Shown: positions 44,980 to 54,327, counted from the stretch's first letter. The stretch: 64,000 nt of DNA from Deltaproteobacteria bacterium (GCA_017644045.1 JAEPMI010000002.1:259026-323025), one strand, 5' to 3'. Notes: generated by a model from the letters alone, not told the origin. Made by a program: numbers and translations.

Positions 44980-47304
44980 ATGAGCCCCCACACACCCCAA
45001 TGTGCTACCCTCGTCCCTCCTCCCCCGATGAGCAGATTCGACGCAGGTCCCGACGGTCCGGTCACCGGGGACACCGAGATCTGCGCGTTTCACGCCCTCG
45101 AATCGGTGATCGCGATGCTGGCGAATACCCGCCGGCTCCTCGCTCTCGAGGTGGGCGCGTTGGTGGGGATGGAGCTCTGCGAGCGAGCCCTCGAGGGGAA
45201 CGCCATCGGCACCCACGCGGTCCAGATCGACGTGATCGGCCATCTCCGGGTGACCCGGGCCATCCGGCCCGACGACGGAGGCCTGCTCGAGACGCTGAAC
45301 GCGTGGGAACGGGCCATCCACCCCCGCGGTCGGGAGCAGTTCCGGCGAGCGCTCCGGGACACCCCGGCCTCGCTCCAGGGCCAGGACCTGATGCTCTTCC
45401 TCCGGGACCGCTTCGCGGGCCTCCTCTACCCCATCGACCGGGTCTCGGCGCGGACCAGCCTGGCGGGGGCCATCGAGCTCGCCTCGCGGGAGGCAGCGCT
45501 CCTCGACACCGGTAAGCGCGAGCGCGTCGACCCGGACGCTCCGGACTTCGACGACCTCTCCACCAGCCGCGGCATCGGTCCGGCGAGCGTGGAGCACATC
45601 CTCTCCGGCCTCGACGACTCGGTCTTCATGAACGCCGAGACCCGTCTGCGGGTCGAGGCCTATGGAGGTCCTGGCGCCCCGGACTTCGCCGACCTCACCA
45701 CCGACGAAGTCACCAGCGAGGAGCCGCACTCGCTCGAGGTCGCGCTGCTGGGGCCCTCGCCGAGCGAGGCACCGGTCCGGCAGGTCGGCCAGTTCGAGAT
45801 CTTCGGTCGCCTCGGCGAGGGAGGCATGGCGGAAGCCCTCCTCGCGCGCCACGTCGACGGGGGCGCCCCCTTCGTGCTCAAGCGCCTCCTTCCGGAGGCC
45901 GCGGCGGACCCCAGCCTCCTGCGGATGTTCGAGGACGAAGCGCGCCTCGGTCTCTTCCTGGACCACGAGCACATCGCCCGGGTGCTCGAGTACGTCCCGG
46001 GACCGCAGCCCCTGATGAAGATGGAGTGGGCGCCCGGTCTCACGCTGGCGAAGCTGATGAAGCGCTCGCGCGAGGCGAGCACCCCCATCCCACTCGACGT
46101 GATCCTGCGGGTCGGTGACGCGGTCAGCTCTGCCCTCGCCTACGCCCATGGCGCGCGAGGGATGGACGGGCGCCCACTGCGCGTCGTCCACCGCGACGTG
46201 AGCCCGCAGAACGTGGTCCTCCAGTGGGACGGCCACATCAAGCTGCTCGACTTCGGCGTCGCCCGGAGCGCGGTTCAGGCCGAGCACTCGGAGGCCGGCG
46301 TCATCAAGGGCAAGTTCGCCTACATGGCGCCCGAGCAGTCGCTCGGCATGCCGCTCGACGACCGCGCCGACGTCTTCTGCGTGGGCATCTGCCTCTACGA
46401 GGCGCTGAGCGGCAAGCGCCTCTTCGACAGCGACGAGCGGTTGGCGGCGGTTCGCGCGCTGGCCGAGGGCCCGATCCCCGACATCCGCCGGCACCGGCCG
46501 GAAGTCAGCGAGGAGCTCGCGACCCTGGTGCGCCGCTGCCTGGCCTCCGACCCGAAGAACCGTCCGCACATGGACGAGCTCCACGACGAGCTCCAGGCCC
46601 TCCGCCGCCGGCACCGCGCCCGTCGTCAGTCCGTGGTCGACATCGTCCGGACCTACGAGCCCGGCTGGGAGGACTGGCGCCGCGCGCTCTCGCCCACCGA
46701 CCGGCCGACGATGGCGCCGCCCGGCCCGGCACGGGAGCGGGGCAAACGAACGGAAGAGGGCCTCCGCCCGATCCAGCCGCGGGGCCCGAGTCTCTGGACC
46801 CGCATGTGGCCCGCGCTGCTGCTGATCGCGTCGTTCGTAGTCGGTGCCGCCACCTATGCGCTCATCCGCAGCGCGACCGCCCCCGACCCGGTTCCGGATG
46901 TGCCGGCGCCGGTCGAGAGCAGCCCGGTATCGATGCCGGCGTCCGTAACCGACTCCGACTCCGACTCCGACGACCGAGAGCCGACCGCCGAAGCCGACTC
47001 CGAAAGTCGAGCGCCGACTGCCGACCACCGAGAGCCGACCGCCGAAGCCGATTCCGAGAGCCGAGCGCCGACCGCCGAGGCCGAGGACGCCACGGGCACC
47101 CTCCTCATCCGCACCCACCCCCGCGGCGCGCGCGTCACGCTGGACGGAGTCCGACTCCGCGGCCGAACCCCCGAGCGCTGGACGATCCCTGCCGGGCCGC
47201 ACCGCGTTCAGATCTTCCGCGTGGGACACCGGCCGGAGACCCGTCACATCGTGACGGAGCCCGACAGCGGGGGGATGCTCGACATCCGGCTCCGTCGGCG
47301 TTGA
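44980..47304 (+). CDS. Ser/Thr protein kinase with TM segment, acidic repeat linker and C-terminal PEGA domain
   Basis: GEGGMAEALLA, VLKRL, HRDVSPQNVV, DFGVAR and APEQ. TM LWTRMWPALLLIASFVVGAATYALI. PEGA-like GTLLIRTHPRGARVTLDG...GPHRVQIFRVGH. Start is uncertain (ATG 44980 or 45028); the ORF-track start overlaps pal. Confidence 0.85.
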   Translation: MSPHTPQCATLVPPPPMSRFDAGPDGPVTGDTEICAFHALESVIAMLANTRRLLALEVGALVGMELCERALEGNAIGTHAVQIDVIGHLRVTRAIRPDDGGLLETLNAWERAIHPRGREQFRRALRDTPASLQGQDLMLFLRDRFAGLLYPIDRVSARTSLAGAIELASREAALLDTGKRERVDPDAPDFDDLSTSRGIGPASVEHILSGLDDSVFMNAETRLRVEAYGGPGAPDFADLTTDEVTSEEPHSLEVALLGPSPSEAPVRQVGQFEIFGRLGEGGMAEALLARHVDGGAPFVLKRLLPEAAADPSLLRMFEDEARLGLFLDHEHIARVLEYVPGPQPLMKMEWAPGLTLAKLMKRSREASTPIPLDVILRVGDAVSSALAYAHGARGMDGRPLRVVHRDVSPQNVVLQWDGHIKLLDFGVARSAVQAEHSEAGVIKGKFAYMAPEQSLGMPLDDRADVFCVGICLYEALSGKRLFDSDERLAAVRALAEGPIPDIRRHRPEVSEELATLVRRCLASDPKNRPHMDELHDELQALRRRHRARRQSVVDIVRTYEPGWEDWRRALSPTDRPTMAPPGPARERGKRTEEGLRPIQPRGPSLWTRMWPALLLIASFVVGAATYALIRSATAPDPVPDVPAPVESSPVSMPASVTDSDSDSDDREPTAEADSESRAPTADHREPTAEADSESRAPTAEAEDATGTLLIRTHPRGARVTLDGVRLRGRTPERWTIPAGPHRVQIFRVGHRPETRHIVTEPDSGGMLDIRLRRR
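46949..47088. repeat. CCGAC-type microsatellite plus 54-nt duplication (coding)
   Basis: CCGACT x3, then two copies encoding REPTAEADSESRAPTA. Contains the 20-mer GCCGACCACCGAGAGCCGAC (47020-47039), identical to 43353-43372. Confidence 0.85.
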
Positions 47305-47307
47305 GCA

Positions 47308-47338
47308 TCGGGCGCGCCAGCGGAGCCGGCGCGCCCGA
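47308..47338. terminator. GC-clamp hairpin between convergent genes (bidirectional terminator candidate)
   Basis: Perfect 11-bp stem TCGGGCGCGCC / GGCGCGCCCGA with a 9-nt loop. No U-tract on either side. Confidence 0.5.
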
Positions 47339-47343
47339 GAGCC

Positions 47344-47856
47344 TCACGCGGCGGCGCGCTCGGTGGCCTTGAGCACGGTCTTGCGCCCCTTGTTCGCCGC
47401 CTCGTAGGCAGCGACGGCCTCGACCGCGCTCGGCTCGAGCTCGGCGATGAGGCTCACGATGGCCTTGGCCGACATGTCGTCGTAGCCGTCGATGGGTGCG
47501 TCGTCACTCGAGGCGGGCTTCTCCTCGAGGCGGGACTGCAGCTTGGCGTCCACGCGGGAGATCATGTCCCGGAGGCCGACGAGGAGGCGGCGCTCGAGCG
47601 CGTCCACCTCCACCGTCGAGAGCTTCTTCGGCGCCGCCGTGGGGTTGCTGGCCGGGAGGAGCTTGCCGGTCTGGGCCGTGATCAGCTTGCTCCAGGCCTC
47701 GGCCTCGCCCTTGAACGCCTCGGCCAGCTCGACGGAGGCGCCCCGCGTCTCCTCGGCGAAGGCCAGGCCCGCCTGGCGGGTCCGGTCGGTGAAGAGGACG
47801 AGCTGCTCACGCAGGGTGCGGCGGCTGGTCTCGATTCGGTCGGCGACTGTTTCCAT
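47344..47856 (-). CDS. hypothetical protein, phasin-like helical N-terminus and HeH/Rho-N-like C-terminal motif
   Basis: ATG 47856 is preceded by AGGAGGA. The C-terminus IDGYDDMSAKAIVSLIAELEPSAVEAVAAYEAANKGRKTVL resembles helix-extended-helix tails. Confidence 0.7.
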   Translation of the reverse strand: METVADRIETSRRTLREQLVLFTDRTRQAGLAFAEETRGASVELAEAFKGEAEAWSKLITAQTGKLLPASNPTAAPKKLSTVEVDALERRLLVGLRDMISRVDAKLQSRLEEKPASSDDAPIDGYDDMSAKAIVSLIAELEPSAVEAVAAYEAANKGRKTVLKATERAAA

Positions 47857-48034
47857 CGTTTCCTCCTGTGGCCGTGACGCGGCGCACCAGCCACGTGTAA
47901 CGCAACGCGTTATGGGCATCAAGCGGCCCCCAACAGAAAAGTCCGCTCGAGGTCTCATCCCTGCATTTGTTACATTCCAGACATTGACGCGGCGCGTCAC
48001 GAGGCCAACGCTAGGGGTTGGAGGTAGCAATACC

Positions 48035-48295
48035 ATGCAGTTCCACCCATCCACTGACACCCCAGCCGACAGCCCCCTGAGTGGGCATAATGGCGCGATT
48101 CGCGACCGCATCGACGGCGCTCTCGACGCAGCGCGTCGAGGGCTCCTCGAGCGTGCCCGCGGCATCGGTACGGCGCTTCGGCGCCACATCCGGGCCAACT
48201 CCTTGGTCCGGATCCACGACAACCGGATCTCGGTCGGCATCGAGGTCGGGGACATCGGCCTCGGCCGCCTCGAGCCCGCCGACATCGGAGCATGA
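48035..48295 (+). CDS. hypothetical protein (86 aa)
   Basis: ATG with GGAGG 9 nt upstream. About 80% GC3 by hand count. No domain recognised. Confidence 0.55.
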   Translation: MQFHPSTDTPADSPLSGHNGAIRDRIDGALDAARRGLLERARGIGTALRRHIRANSLVRIHDNRISVGIEVGDIGLGRLEPADIGA

Positions 48296-48444
48296 CCATG
48301 TTCGAGAGTGAGCTCCTGATCTTCGCCTGGGGCCTCGCCCTCGTCGGCGCCGTCGCGGCCAGTCTGGTCGTTCGCGCCGTCGACGGCGTCGTCCACGGCT
48401 TCTTCGGCCGCGAAGCGGGCGACCGCCGCCTGAAGGGGGACTGA
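48292..48444 (+). CDS. small single-TM protein (50 aa), below ORF-track cutoff
   Basis: ATGA overlap with the previous stop. MTMFESELLIFAWGLALVGAVAASLVVRAV... Confidence 0.5.
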   Translation: MTMFESELLIFAWGLALVGAVAASLVVRAVDGVVHGFFGREAGDRRLKGD

Positions 48445-48546
48445 TCGTTCGGCGAGCCTCGCCGGGGTCGTCCCCTTGACCCTGAGCGAGCGCTCGTGCT
48501 TCAACCCGGTCGCCCCTTTCCGCAGTCAGGAGGGGGCCGACCACTC

Positions 48547-49296
48547 ATGAACGACGTCATTCACGCGACCTTGCTCAACCTGCAGACCTCCGCCGGAGCG
48601 TCCGCGGGTGAGTCCCTCGACCCCTGGAAGCTCATCGCCGACGCCTCGTTCGTCGTGAAACTGGTGATGATCGTCCTCGCCCTGATGGCGGTCGGCTCCT
48701 GGTTCATCATGGGCGCCAAGGCGGTCCGGCTGGCCCAGGCGCGCGGCCGGAGCCGTCGCTTCCTCGACGCCTTCTGGAGCAAGACGGAGGGCGAGTCCTG
48801 GACCACCGAGCGCATCGAGGCGCTCTACGCGAGCGTGAAGAGCTACGAGGGCTCGCCCATCGCGGCCGTCTTCCGCGCCGGCTACGTCGAGCTCGCCCGG
48901 GTGATGAGCGGCCCCTCGGCGAACGCCGGTGACGTCGACAACGTCGACCGCGCGCTCGACCGGGCGGCCACGAGCGAGATGACCGCCATCGAGACGATGC
49001 TGCCCTTCTTGGCAACCACCGGATCGACCGCGCCCTTCATCGGTCTCTTCGGGACCGTCTGGGGCATCATGAATGCGTTCATGAACATCTCGCAGCAGGC
49101 CAGCGCGAGCCTCGACGTGGTCGCGCCCGGCATCGCCGAGGCGCTCATCGCGACCGCCATCGGCCTAGCCGCGGCCATCCCGGCCGTCATGGCCTACAAC
49201 TTCTTCATCCGCCGAATCCAGGTCCTCGAGTCCGAGGTCCACGCTTTCGAGCGCGATTTCCTCAACATCGTCCGCCGCCACTTCCTCCGAGGTTGA
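48547..49296 (+). CDS. tolQ: TolQ (MotA/TolQ/ExbB proton channel)
   Basis: ATG preceded by [29 protein letters not shown] and [20 protein letters not shown] motifs. Confidence 0.9.
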   Translation: MNDVIHATLLNLQTSAGASAGESLDPWKLIADASFVVKLVMIVLALMAVGSWFIMGAKAVRLAQARGRSRRFLDAFWSKTEGESWTTERIEALYASVKSYEGSPIAAVFRAGYVELARVMSGPSANAGDVDNVDRALDRAATSEMTAIETMLPFLATTGSTAPFIGLFGTVWGIMNAFMNISQQASASLDVVAPGIAEALIATAIGLAAAIPAVMAYNFFIRRIQVLESEVHAFERDFLNIVRRHFLRG

Positions 49297-49303
49297 TTCA
49301 CCG

Positions 49304-49759
49304 ATGGGAATGAGCGGCGGCGGTGGAGGCAAGCGTGGGCGCACGCCCATGGGGGAGATCAACGTCACCCCCTTGGTCGACGTCATGCTCGTGCTCCTGA
49401 TCATCTTCATGGTCGCGGCCCCGATGATGAGCACCGGGGTCGAGGTGGACCTGCCGCAGACGCGCGCGCCGCGAATGGAGATGGACGAGGAGAAGCTGAT
49501 CCTCTCCATCGACATCGACCAGAAGGTCTACCTCGGCGAGACCGAGGTGCCGGCGGACCGGCTCGAGGAGGCGCTTCTCAACAACGCTCGGATCCAGCAG
49601 GACGACGAGATCTACGTCCGCGCCGACGCGAACGTGCCCTACGGGTTCGTTTTGCGGGTCTTCACGATCATTCGCCAAGCTGGGGTCGAGAAGCTGGGTC
49701 TGGTGACGGACCCGGCCGGCGGCGCCGCGCGAGTGCCCGGCGAAGCGCCGCCCGAGTGA
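49304..49759 (+). CDS. tolR: TolR (ExbD/TolR)
   Basis: [19 protein letters not shown] with the conserved Asp. Typical size. Confidence 0.9.
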   Translation: MGMSGGGGGKRGRTPMGEINVTPLVDVMLVLLIIFMVAAPMMSTGVEVDLPQTRAPRMEMDEEKLILSIDIDQKVYLGETEVPADRLEEALLNNARIQQDDEIYVRADANVPYGFVLRVFTIIRQAGVEKLGLVTDPAGGAARVPGEAPPE

Positions 49760-49766
49760 TCCCGCG

Positions 49767-50570
49767 ATGACCGAACCCTCCGCCCACCAACCTCGCCGAG
49801 CGATCTACCGCCCGCCGTCGCTGCTCACGCAGGAGATGCCGAGCGTCCCGGAGATCATCGGCGGCCTGGTGAGCGCGGGGGTCATCGGCGGCGGCATCCT
49901 CTTCATGGTGATCCTCTTCCGCGCGGGCGCGCTGGCGATCGATCTGAGCACCGAGCCGGACCCGATCGACGAGGCCGAGGTCATCCCCGCGCAGTTCGTC
50001 CAGCTCGGACGGGACTTCCAGGAGGAGCTGCCGAACCGCGACGTGCCGGTGCAGAACACCGCCCCCGACGACCGCACCGCCATCAGCGAGAACCCGCAGG
50101 ACCACGAGCCTCCGCCGGACGCCGGCGTCCGGCCGCCGGACCCGATGGACGACCCGATGCAGCGGCTGGTCGACCGCGCGGATCTCTTCGCCGAAATCGC
50201 CGAGCAGCAGGAGATGGAGGGCGACCCCGACGGCATCGAGGGCGGCACCACCAACCAGGAGGGCGACCGCTACGCCGGTCAGCTCTACGCGTTCTTCCGG
50301 CGCGGCTGGAGCGTGCCCACCACCATCGACGCCGACGAGCAGCGCGAGCTCCGGGTCGAGGTGTCGATCGACGTGAGCGAGGACCTCGAGCTCGTCGACT
50401 TCCGCCTCCGGGGCTCCAGCAGCAACCCGGACTTCGACCAGTCCGTCATCGCCCAGCTCGAGCGGCTCCGCGCCGCGAACGCCACCATCCCCGAGCCGCC
50501 CATCGCCATGCGGCCGCAATACATCGACCAGTGGTTCACCCTGCGTTTCCGCGGTCGGGACGCCCGCTGA
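49767..50570 (+). CDS. tolA: TolA-like protein (TM + acidic/Pro linker + TolA/TonB-C-like domain)
   Basis: Position after tolQR. One TM, a low-complexity linker and a C-terminal domain. Confidence 0.7.
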   Translation: MTEPSAHQPRRAIYRPPSLLTQEMPSVPEIIGGLVSAGVIGGGILFMVILFRAGALAIDLSTEPDPIDEAEVIPAQFVQLGRDFQEELPNRDVPVQNTAPDDRTAISENPQDHEPPPDAGVRPPDPMDDPMQRLVDRADLFAEIAEQQEMEGDPDGIEGGTTNQEGDRYAGQLYAFFRRGWSVPTTIDADEQRELRVEVSIDVSEDLELVDFRLRGSSSNPDFDQSVIAQLERLRAANATIPEPPIAMRPQYIDQWFTLRFRGRDAR

Positions 50571-50676
50571 CCGAGAATTGAAGCGCTGGGCCTCCTGGCC
50601 CGTCGAATTCGAAGCACGAGCAACGAACTCCACCTCGGAGTACTCTCAGGGCTCGCGCCCGCACGCAAAGCACAGG

Positions 50677-51966
50677 ATGTTCATGGATCGACGCCTCTCC
50701 GCACTCATCATCGCCGCCGTCGCGCTCAGCGCGCTCGCCGTCGTCGCGATGCCCGCGAGCTCGCAGCGAGATGAAGAAGAGCCGCTGCCCGAACGAGGGA
50801 CGATCATCGAGATCGACTCGCCGGAACGCTCTCTCTACAAGATCGCCGTCCCGAACCTCCGTGGCTCGAGCCTCGGCGGACCGGGCGCCGAGGTGCTCCG
50901 CAACGACTTCCGCCTGGTGTCGCTCTTCCAGGTGCTCGACTCCCGATCGTTCGTTGCGAACCTCGAGCAGGAGGGCCTCGGCATCAACCCGCCGTCGTGG
51001 AGCGCCGTCGGCGCGCAGGGCGTGATCAAGGGCGAGATCGAGCAGAACGGGAACGACATCGTCGTCCAGATGCGCCTCTTCGAGCTCTCGAGTGGCTCGA
51101 GCGCGACGCTGAGCGAGACCTATCGCGGCAACCGCGGCGAGCTCCGCGGCTTCATGCACGACTTCGCGAACAAGGTGCTCCTCCGCCTCACCGGCAAGGC
51201 AGGTGCGTTCAACAGCCGCATCACCTTCGGTCGACGCGTCGGACCGGGTCGCAAGGACGTCTACGTCGCATCGTGGGACGGCGACCGCGTGGGTCGCGTC
51301 TCGAGCGGTGAAGGCGTCAGCATGCTCCCGAGCTTCGGACCGGGCGGCGTGTGGTTCAGCCGGCTCACCGAGACCGGCATGTTCATCACTCACTCGAACG
51401 CGCGAAACCGACGCATCATCGACGGCGATGGGCTCAACATGGGCCCCACGATCTGCAACGGGAAGGTCTACTTCACGAGCACCCGCGACGGGAACAGCGA
51501 GATCTACGCGGCCGACCTCGACGGCTCGAATGCGCGACGGATCACCCGCCACCCGGCGATCGACGTGAGCCCCTCGTGCGGACCGGGCGGACGCCTCGCG
51601 TTCGTCTCGACCCGCCATGGCAGTCCGCAGGTCTTCGTGATGAACGGCAACGGCTCCGGCGTCCGCCGGGTGACGTTCCGCGGCAGCCACAACCAGACCC
51701 CGAGCTGGTGCATGAACGGCGACGCTCCGCTCCTCGCGTTCACCGGGCGGAGCGGCGGCATGGACGTGTTCACCGTGAACATCGCCACGCAGCAGTACCG
51801 ACGGATCACGCAGGCGCAGGGAACCAACAAGGACCCCGCGTTCTCACCGGACTGCCGGATGATCGCGTTCTACTCGTCGCGCGGAGGCATCTTCGTGTCG
51901 AACCCCGAGGGCGCGAACCAGAACCGCGTCATCGCCGGTCACGCCGAGACCTTGCGCTGGCGCTGA
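50677..51966 (+). CDS. tolB: TolB periplasmic beta-propeller protein
   Basis: Signal peptide. N-terminal TolB domain (VIKGEIEQNGNDIVVQMRLFEL). Repeated propeller blades (FTSTRDGNSEIY, FVSTRHGSPQVF). Confidence 0.9.
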   Translation: MFMDRRLSALIIAAVALSALAVVAMPASSQRDEEEPLPERGTIIEIDSPERSLYKIAVPNLRGSSLGGPGAEVLRNDFRLVSLFQVLDSRSFVANLEQEGLGINPPSWSAVGAQGVIKGEIEQNGNDIVVQMRLFELSSGSSATLSETYRGNRGELRGFMHDFANKVLLRLTGKAGAFNSRITFGRRVGPGRKDVYVASWDGDRVGRVSSGEGVSMLPSFGPGGVWFSRLTETGMFITHSNARNRRIIDGDGLNMGPTICNGKVYFTSTRDGNSEIYAADLDGSNARRITRHPAIDVSPSCGPGGRLAFVSTRHGSPQVFVMNGNGSGVRRVTFRGSHNQTPSWCMNGDAPLLAFTGRSGGMDVFTVNIATQQYRRITQAQGTNKDPAFSPDCRMIAFYSSRGGIFVSNPEGANQNRVIAGHAETLRWR

Positions 51967-51982
51967 CTCCCGGCGAACGCCC

Positions 51983-52588
51983 GTGAGCGAGGAAGAGGAT
52001 CCCTGGCGCGAGCGTGGTCGAGCCGCGCTCGTCGGGCTCATCCTCGCGTTCGGTGTGGTCGCGATGGTGCTCCTCCAGCGTCGCAACGAGTCGCCCGCCG
52101 ACGAGTGGCCAGCCGTCGCGGGTCTCTACGAGGTCATCGCCGAATGTCGTGGGTGCGGATGCGAGCTCGCCGACGCGGAAGGTCTCGCTGCGATCCATCC
52201 CGGCCTGCCCTCGGGCAACCCCGTACCCACACTCTGCGAGAGTCCCGATGGATGCGTCGCGATCATGGAGCGTCGGGCTCCACCGAACGTGCGGGCGCCG
52301 GTCGTGCTCGAGAGCGACTCGGACCCGGAGCTGGTGGCGCGCGAGCTCCAACACGGGCCGCCCCTCGGCCGCGAAGGCGAGGGCTTCGGTGCGGGCGTGA
52401 CGCGCGAGCGACGAACGGCTTCCGATTGTGTTCGGGTCCGCCGAAGCCGCGAGCTCACCCCCCTCCCCGACGGCGGATGGCACTGGATCGAGCGGTACGA
52501 CTCTGGAGAGGGCTCAGAGTGTCCCCCAGAGGGGGCACTGTCTTGCATTGGGTCCGTGTACCGCCGAATCGCACCACTGGGGCGGTGA
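51983..52588 (+). CDS. membrane-anchored hypothetical protein with conserved Cys pairs
   Basis: GTG start, TM ALVGLILAFGVVAMVLL, high GC3. No domain recognised. Confidence 0.55.
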   Translation: MSEEEDPWRERGRAALVGLILAFGVVAMVLLQRRNESPADEWPAVAGLYEVIAECRGCGCELADAEGLAAIHPGLPSGNPVPTLCESPDGCVAIMERRAPPNVRAPVVLESDSDPELVARELQHGPPLGREGEGFGAGVTRERRTASDCVRVRRSRELTPLPDGGWHWIERYDSGEGSECPPEGALSCIGSVYRRIAPLGR

Positions 52589-52619
52589 TCCATGTTCATG
52601 GAGGGGGTAGAGTCCTGGC

Positions 52620-54161
52620 ATGGCGAAGGCCACGCGCACCCTGGTGGTGGAGGACTCCCGCTCGATGCGGAAGCTCCTCGAGCACCTCTTGCAGGAGCGC
52701 GGCCACGTCGTACAGACCGTTCCATCCGCGGAGGAGGCCCTCGCGCTCTTCGACGAGAGCCCCTTCGACCTGATGATCGTCGACTGGACGCTCCCCGGCC
52801 AGAACGGCGTGGAGCTCACACGGGCGGTGCGGGCGCGGCCGGGCGGTCAGGTGCCCTTCATCCTCATGCTCACCGGACGCAGCGGCGTCGACGAGCTCGT
52901 GGCGGTCCTGGACGCGGGGGCGTCCGACTTCGTGGCCAAGCCGCTGAGCTCCCGCCTGCTCGAGACACGGCTGGCGATCGCCGAACGGTCCATCGCGGTG
53001 GAGCAGAGTCGGCGACGCATGCGCGAGCACCTCTTGCTCACGGACCGGTTGGCGTCCGTTGGAACGCTCGCCGCGGGCATAGCCCACGAGCTGAACAACC
53101 CCCTGGCATCCGTGCTCTCGAACCTCGAGCTCTCGAAGGAGGAGCTCGGCCGGCCGCTACCGCTCGGCGAGGAACAGATCGCGCAGCTCCAGGAACAGCT
53201 CGGCGACGCGCTCGATGGCGCAGAGCGGATGGCGCGCATCGTCCACGACCTCCACGCCTTCTCGTCCGGGGTCAACGCGCCCGCCGACGTGGTCGCGCCG
53301 CAGGAAGCGGTGACGGCCGCGGTCCGGCTCTGCTGGAACGAGCTCCGGCACCGGGTTCAGCTCGAGCAGACCCTCGGGCCAGTGCCCGACGTGTGTGCGC
53401 CGCAAGGAGTCATCGCCCAGGTGGTGCTGAAGCTCCTGCTCCACTCCATCGCGTCGCTCGGAGACGAGGCCGACGAGCGCAAACTCTTCGTCGTGACGGG
53501 CACCAGCCCGGACGGCCGCGCGCTGATCTCCGTGGGACACGACGGCCCGCTCATCTCCCCCGAGCGCATGGAGACGCTCTTCGATCCCTACCTGACCGCG
53601 CCCGAGTCGACCGAGTCGTCCGGTCTCGGGCTCGCGATCTCGAAGAACCTCGTCGAGCGCATCGGAGGCACGCTCGAGGCCGAGAGCTCGGAGGTGCGCG
53701 GAACGCACTTCCACGTCAGCCTCCCTGCAGCCGGGCAAGTGCGATCGTCCGCACCCCCGAGAGCGAACGACCCGGCGGAGGAGCCGCGCAGGGCCCGCGT
53801 CGTGATCATCGATGACGAGCCGATGCTCGGGCGTTCGCTCCGAAGGGTGCTCAAGAAGCACGACGTCACGGTGTTCGAGTCTGGCCGCGACGCGTTGACC
53901 CACCTCGCCGAGGCGGACGCGCCCGACCTGATCCTCTGCGACCTGATGATGCCTGAGATGAACGGCATCCAGTTCTTCGAAGCCCTGCGCGCGGAGCAAC
54001 CGACCCTGGTGGATCGGGTGACGTTCATGACTGGCGGCGCCTTCACCCCGAAGACGGCGGACTTCGTTCGACAGAGCGGGCGACCCGTCCTCGCGAAGCC
54101 CTTCGACATGAGCGAGATCCGCCGACTGGTGCGGGCGACCGTCGCCTCCGATGGGCGCTGA
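52620..54161 (+). CDS. hybrid sensor kinase, REC-HisKA-HATPase-REC
   Basis: N-terminal receiver (LVVEDS...DLMIVDWTLPGQNG...KP), H-box GIAHELNNPL, G2 box SSGLGLAISK, C-terminal receiver (VIIDDEP...DLILCDLMMPEMNG...AKP). Confidence 0.9.
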   Translation: MAKATRTLVVEDSRSMRKLLEHLLQERGHVVQTVPSAEEALALFDESPFDLMIVDWTLPGQNGVELTRAVRARPGGQVPFILMLTGRSGVDELVAVLDAGASDFVAKPLSSRLLETRLAIAERSIAVEQSRRRMREHLLLTDRLASVGTLAAGIAHELNNPLASVLSNLELSKEELGRPLPLGEEQIAQLQEQLGDALDGAERMARIVHDLHAFSSGVNAPADVVAPQEAVTAAVRLCWNELRHRVQLEQTLGPVPDVCAPQGVIAQVVLKLLLHSIASLGDEADERKLFVVTGTSPDGRALISVGHDGPLISPERMETLFDPYLTAPESTESSGLGLAISKNLVERIGGTLEAESSEVRGTHFHVSLPAAGQVRSSAPPRANDPAEEPRRARVVIIDDEPMLGRSLRRVLKKHDVTVFESGRDALTHLAEADAPDLILCDLMMPEMNGIQFFEALRAEQPTLVDRVTFMTGGAFTPKTADFVRQSGRPVLAKPFDMSEIRRLVRATVASDGR

Positions 54162-54205
54162 ATCGCGCCCGTGACCACCCCCCCGAACGAAGACGAAGGG
54201 AGCCG

Positions 54206-54233
54206 TTGACAGAGGGCCGGCCCCACTTATACT
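54206..54233 (+). promoter_or_regulatory. sigma-70-type promoter for the tRNA gene
   Basis: TTGACA (54206-54211), a 16-nt spacer, then TATACT (54228-54233). It ends 11 nt before the tRNA 5' end. Confidence 0.6.
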
Positions 54234-54244
54234 CCGCGCTCTTC

Positions 54245-54318
54245 GGCGATGTAGCTCAGGTGGCTAGAGCGGGCGTTTCATACGCGCTAGGTCGCTGGTT
54301 CGACTCCAGCCATCGCCA
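54245..54318 (+). tRNA. tRNA-Met (anticodon CAU), elongator-type (or Ile2 if lysidine-modified)
   Basis: 74-nt cloverleaf folded by hand: acceptor GGCGATG/CATCGCC, D arm GCTC-AGGTGGCTA-GAGC, anticodon loop TTCATAC, T arm GCTGG-TTCGACT-CCAGC. The G1-C72 pair argues against an initiator. Confidence 0.9.
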
Positions 54319-54327
54319 CCCGAAGAC

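Noticed and set aside
44782-47247. 821-aa minus-strand ORF
   Set aside because: Antisense to a kinase with all Hanks motifs.
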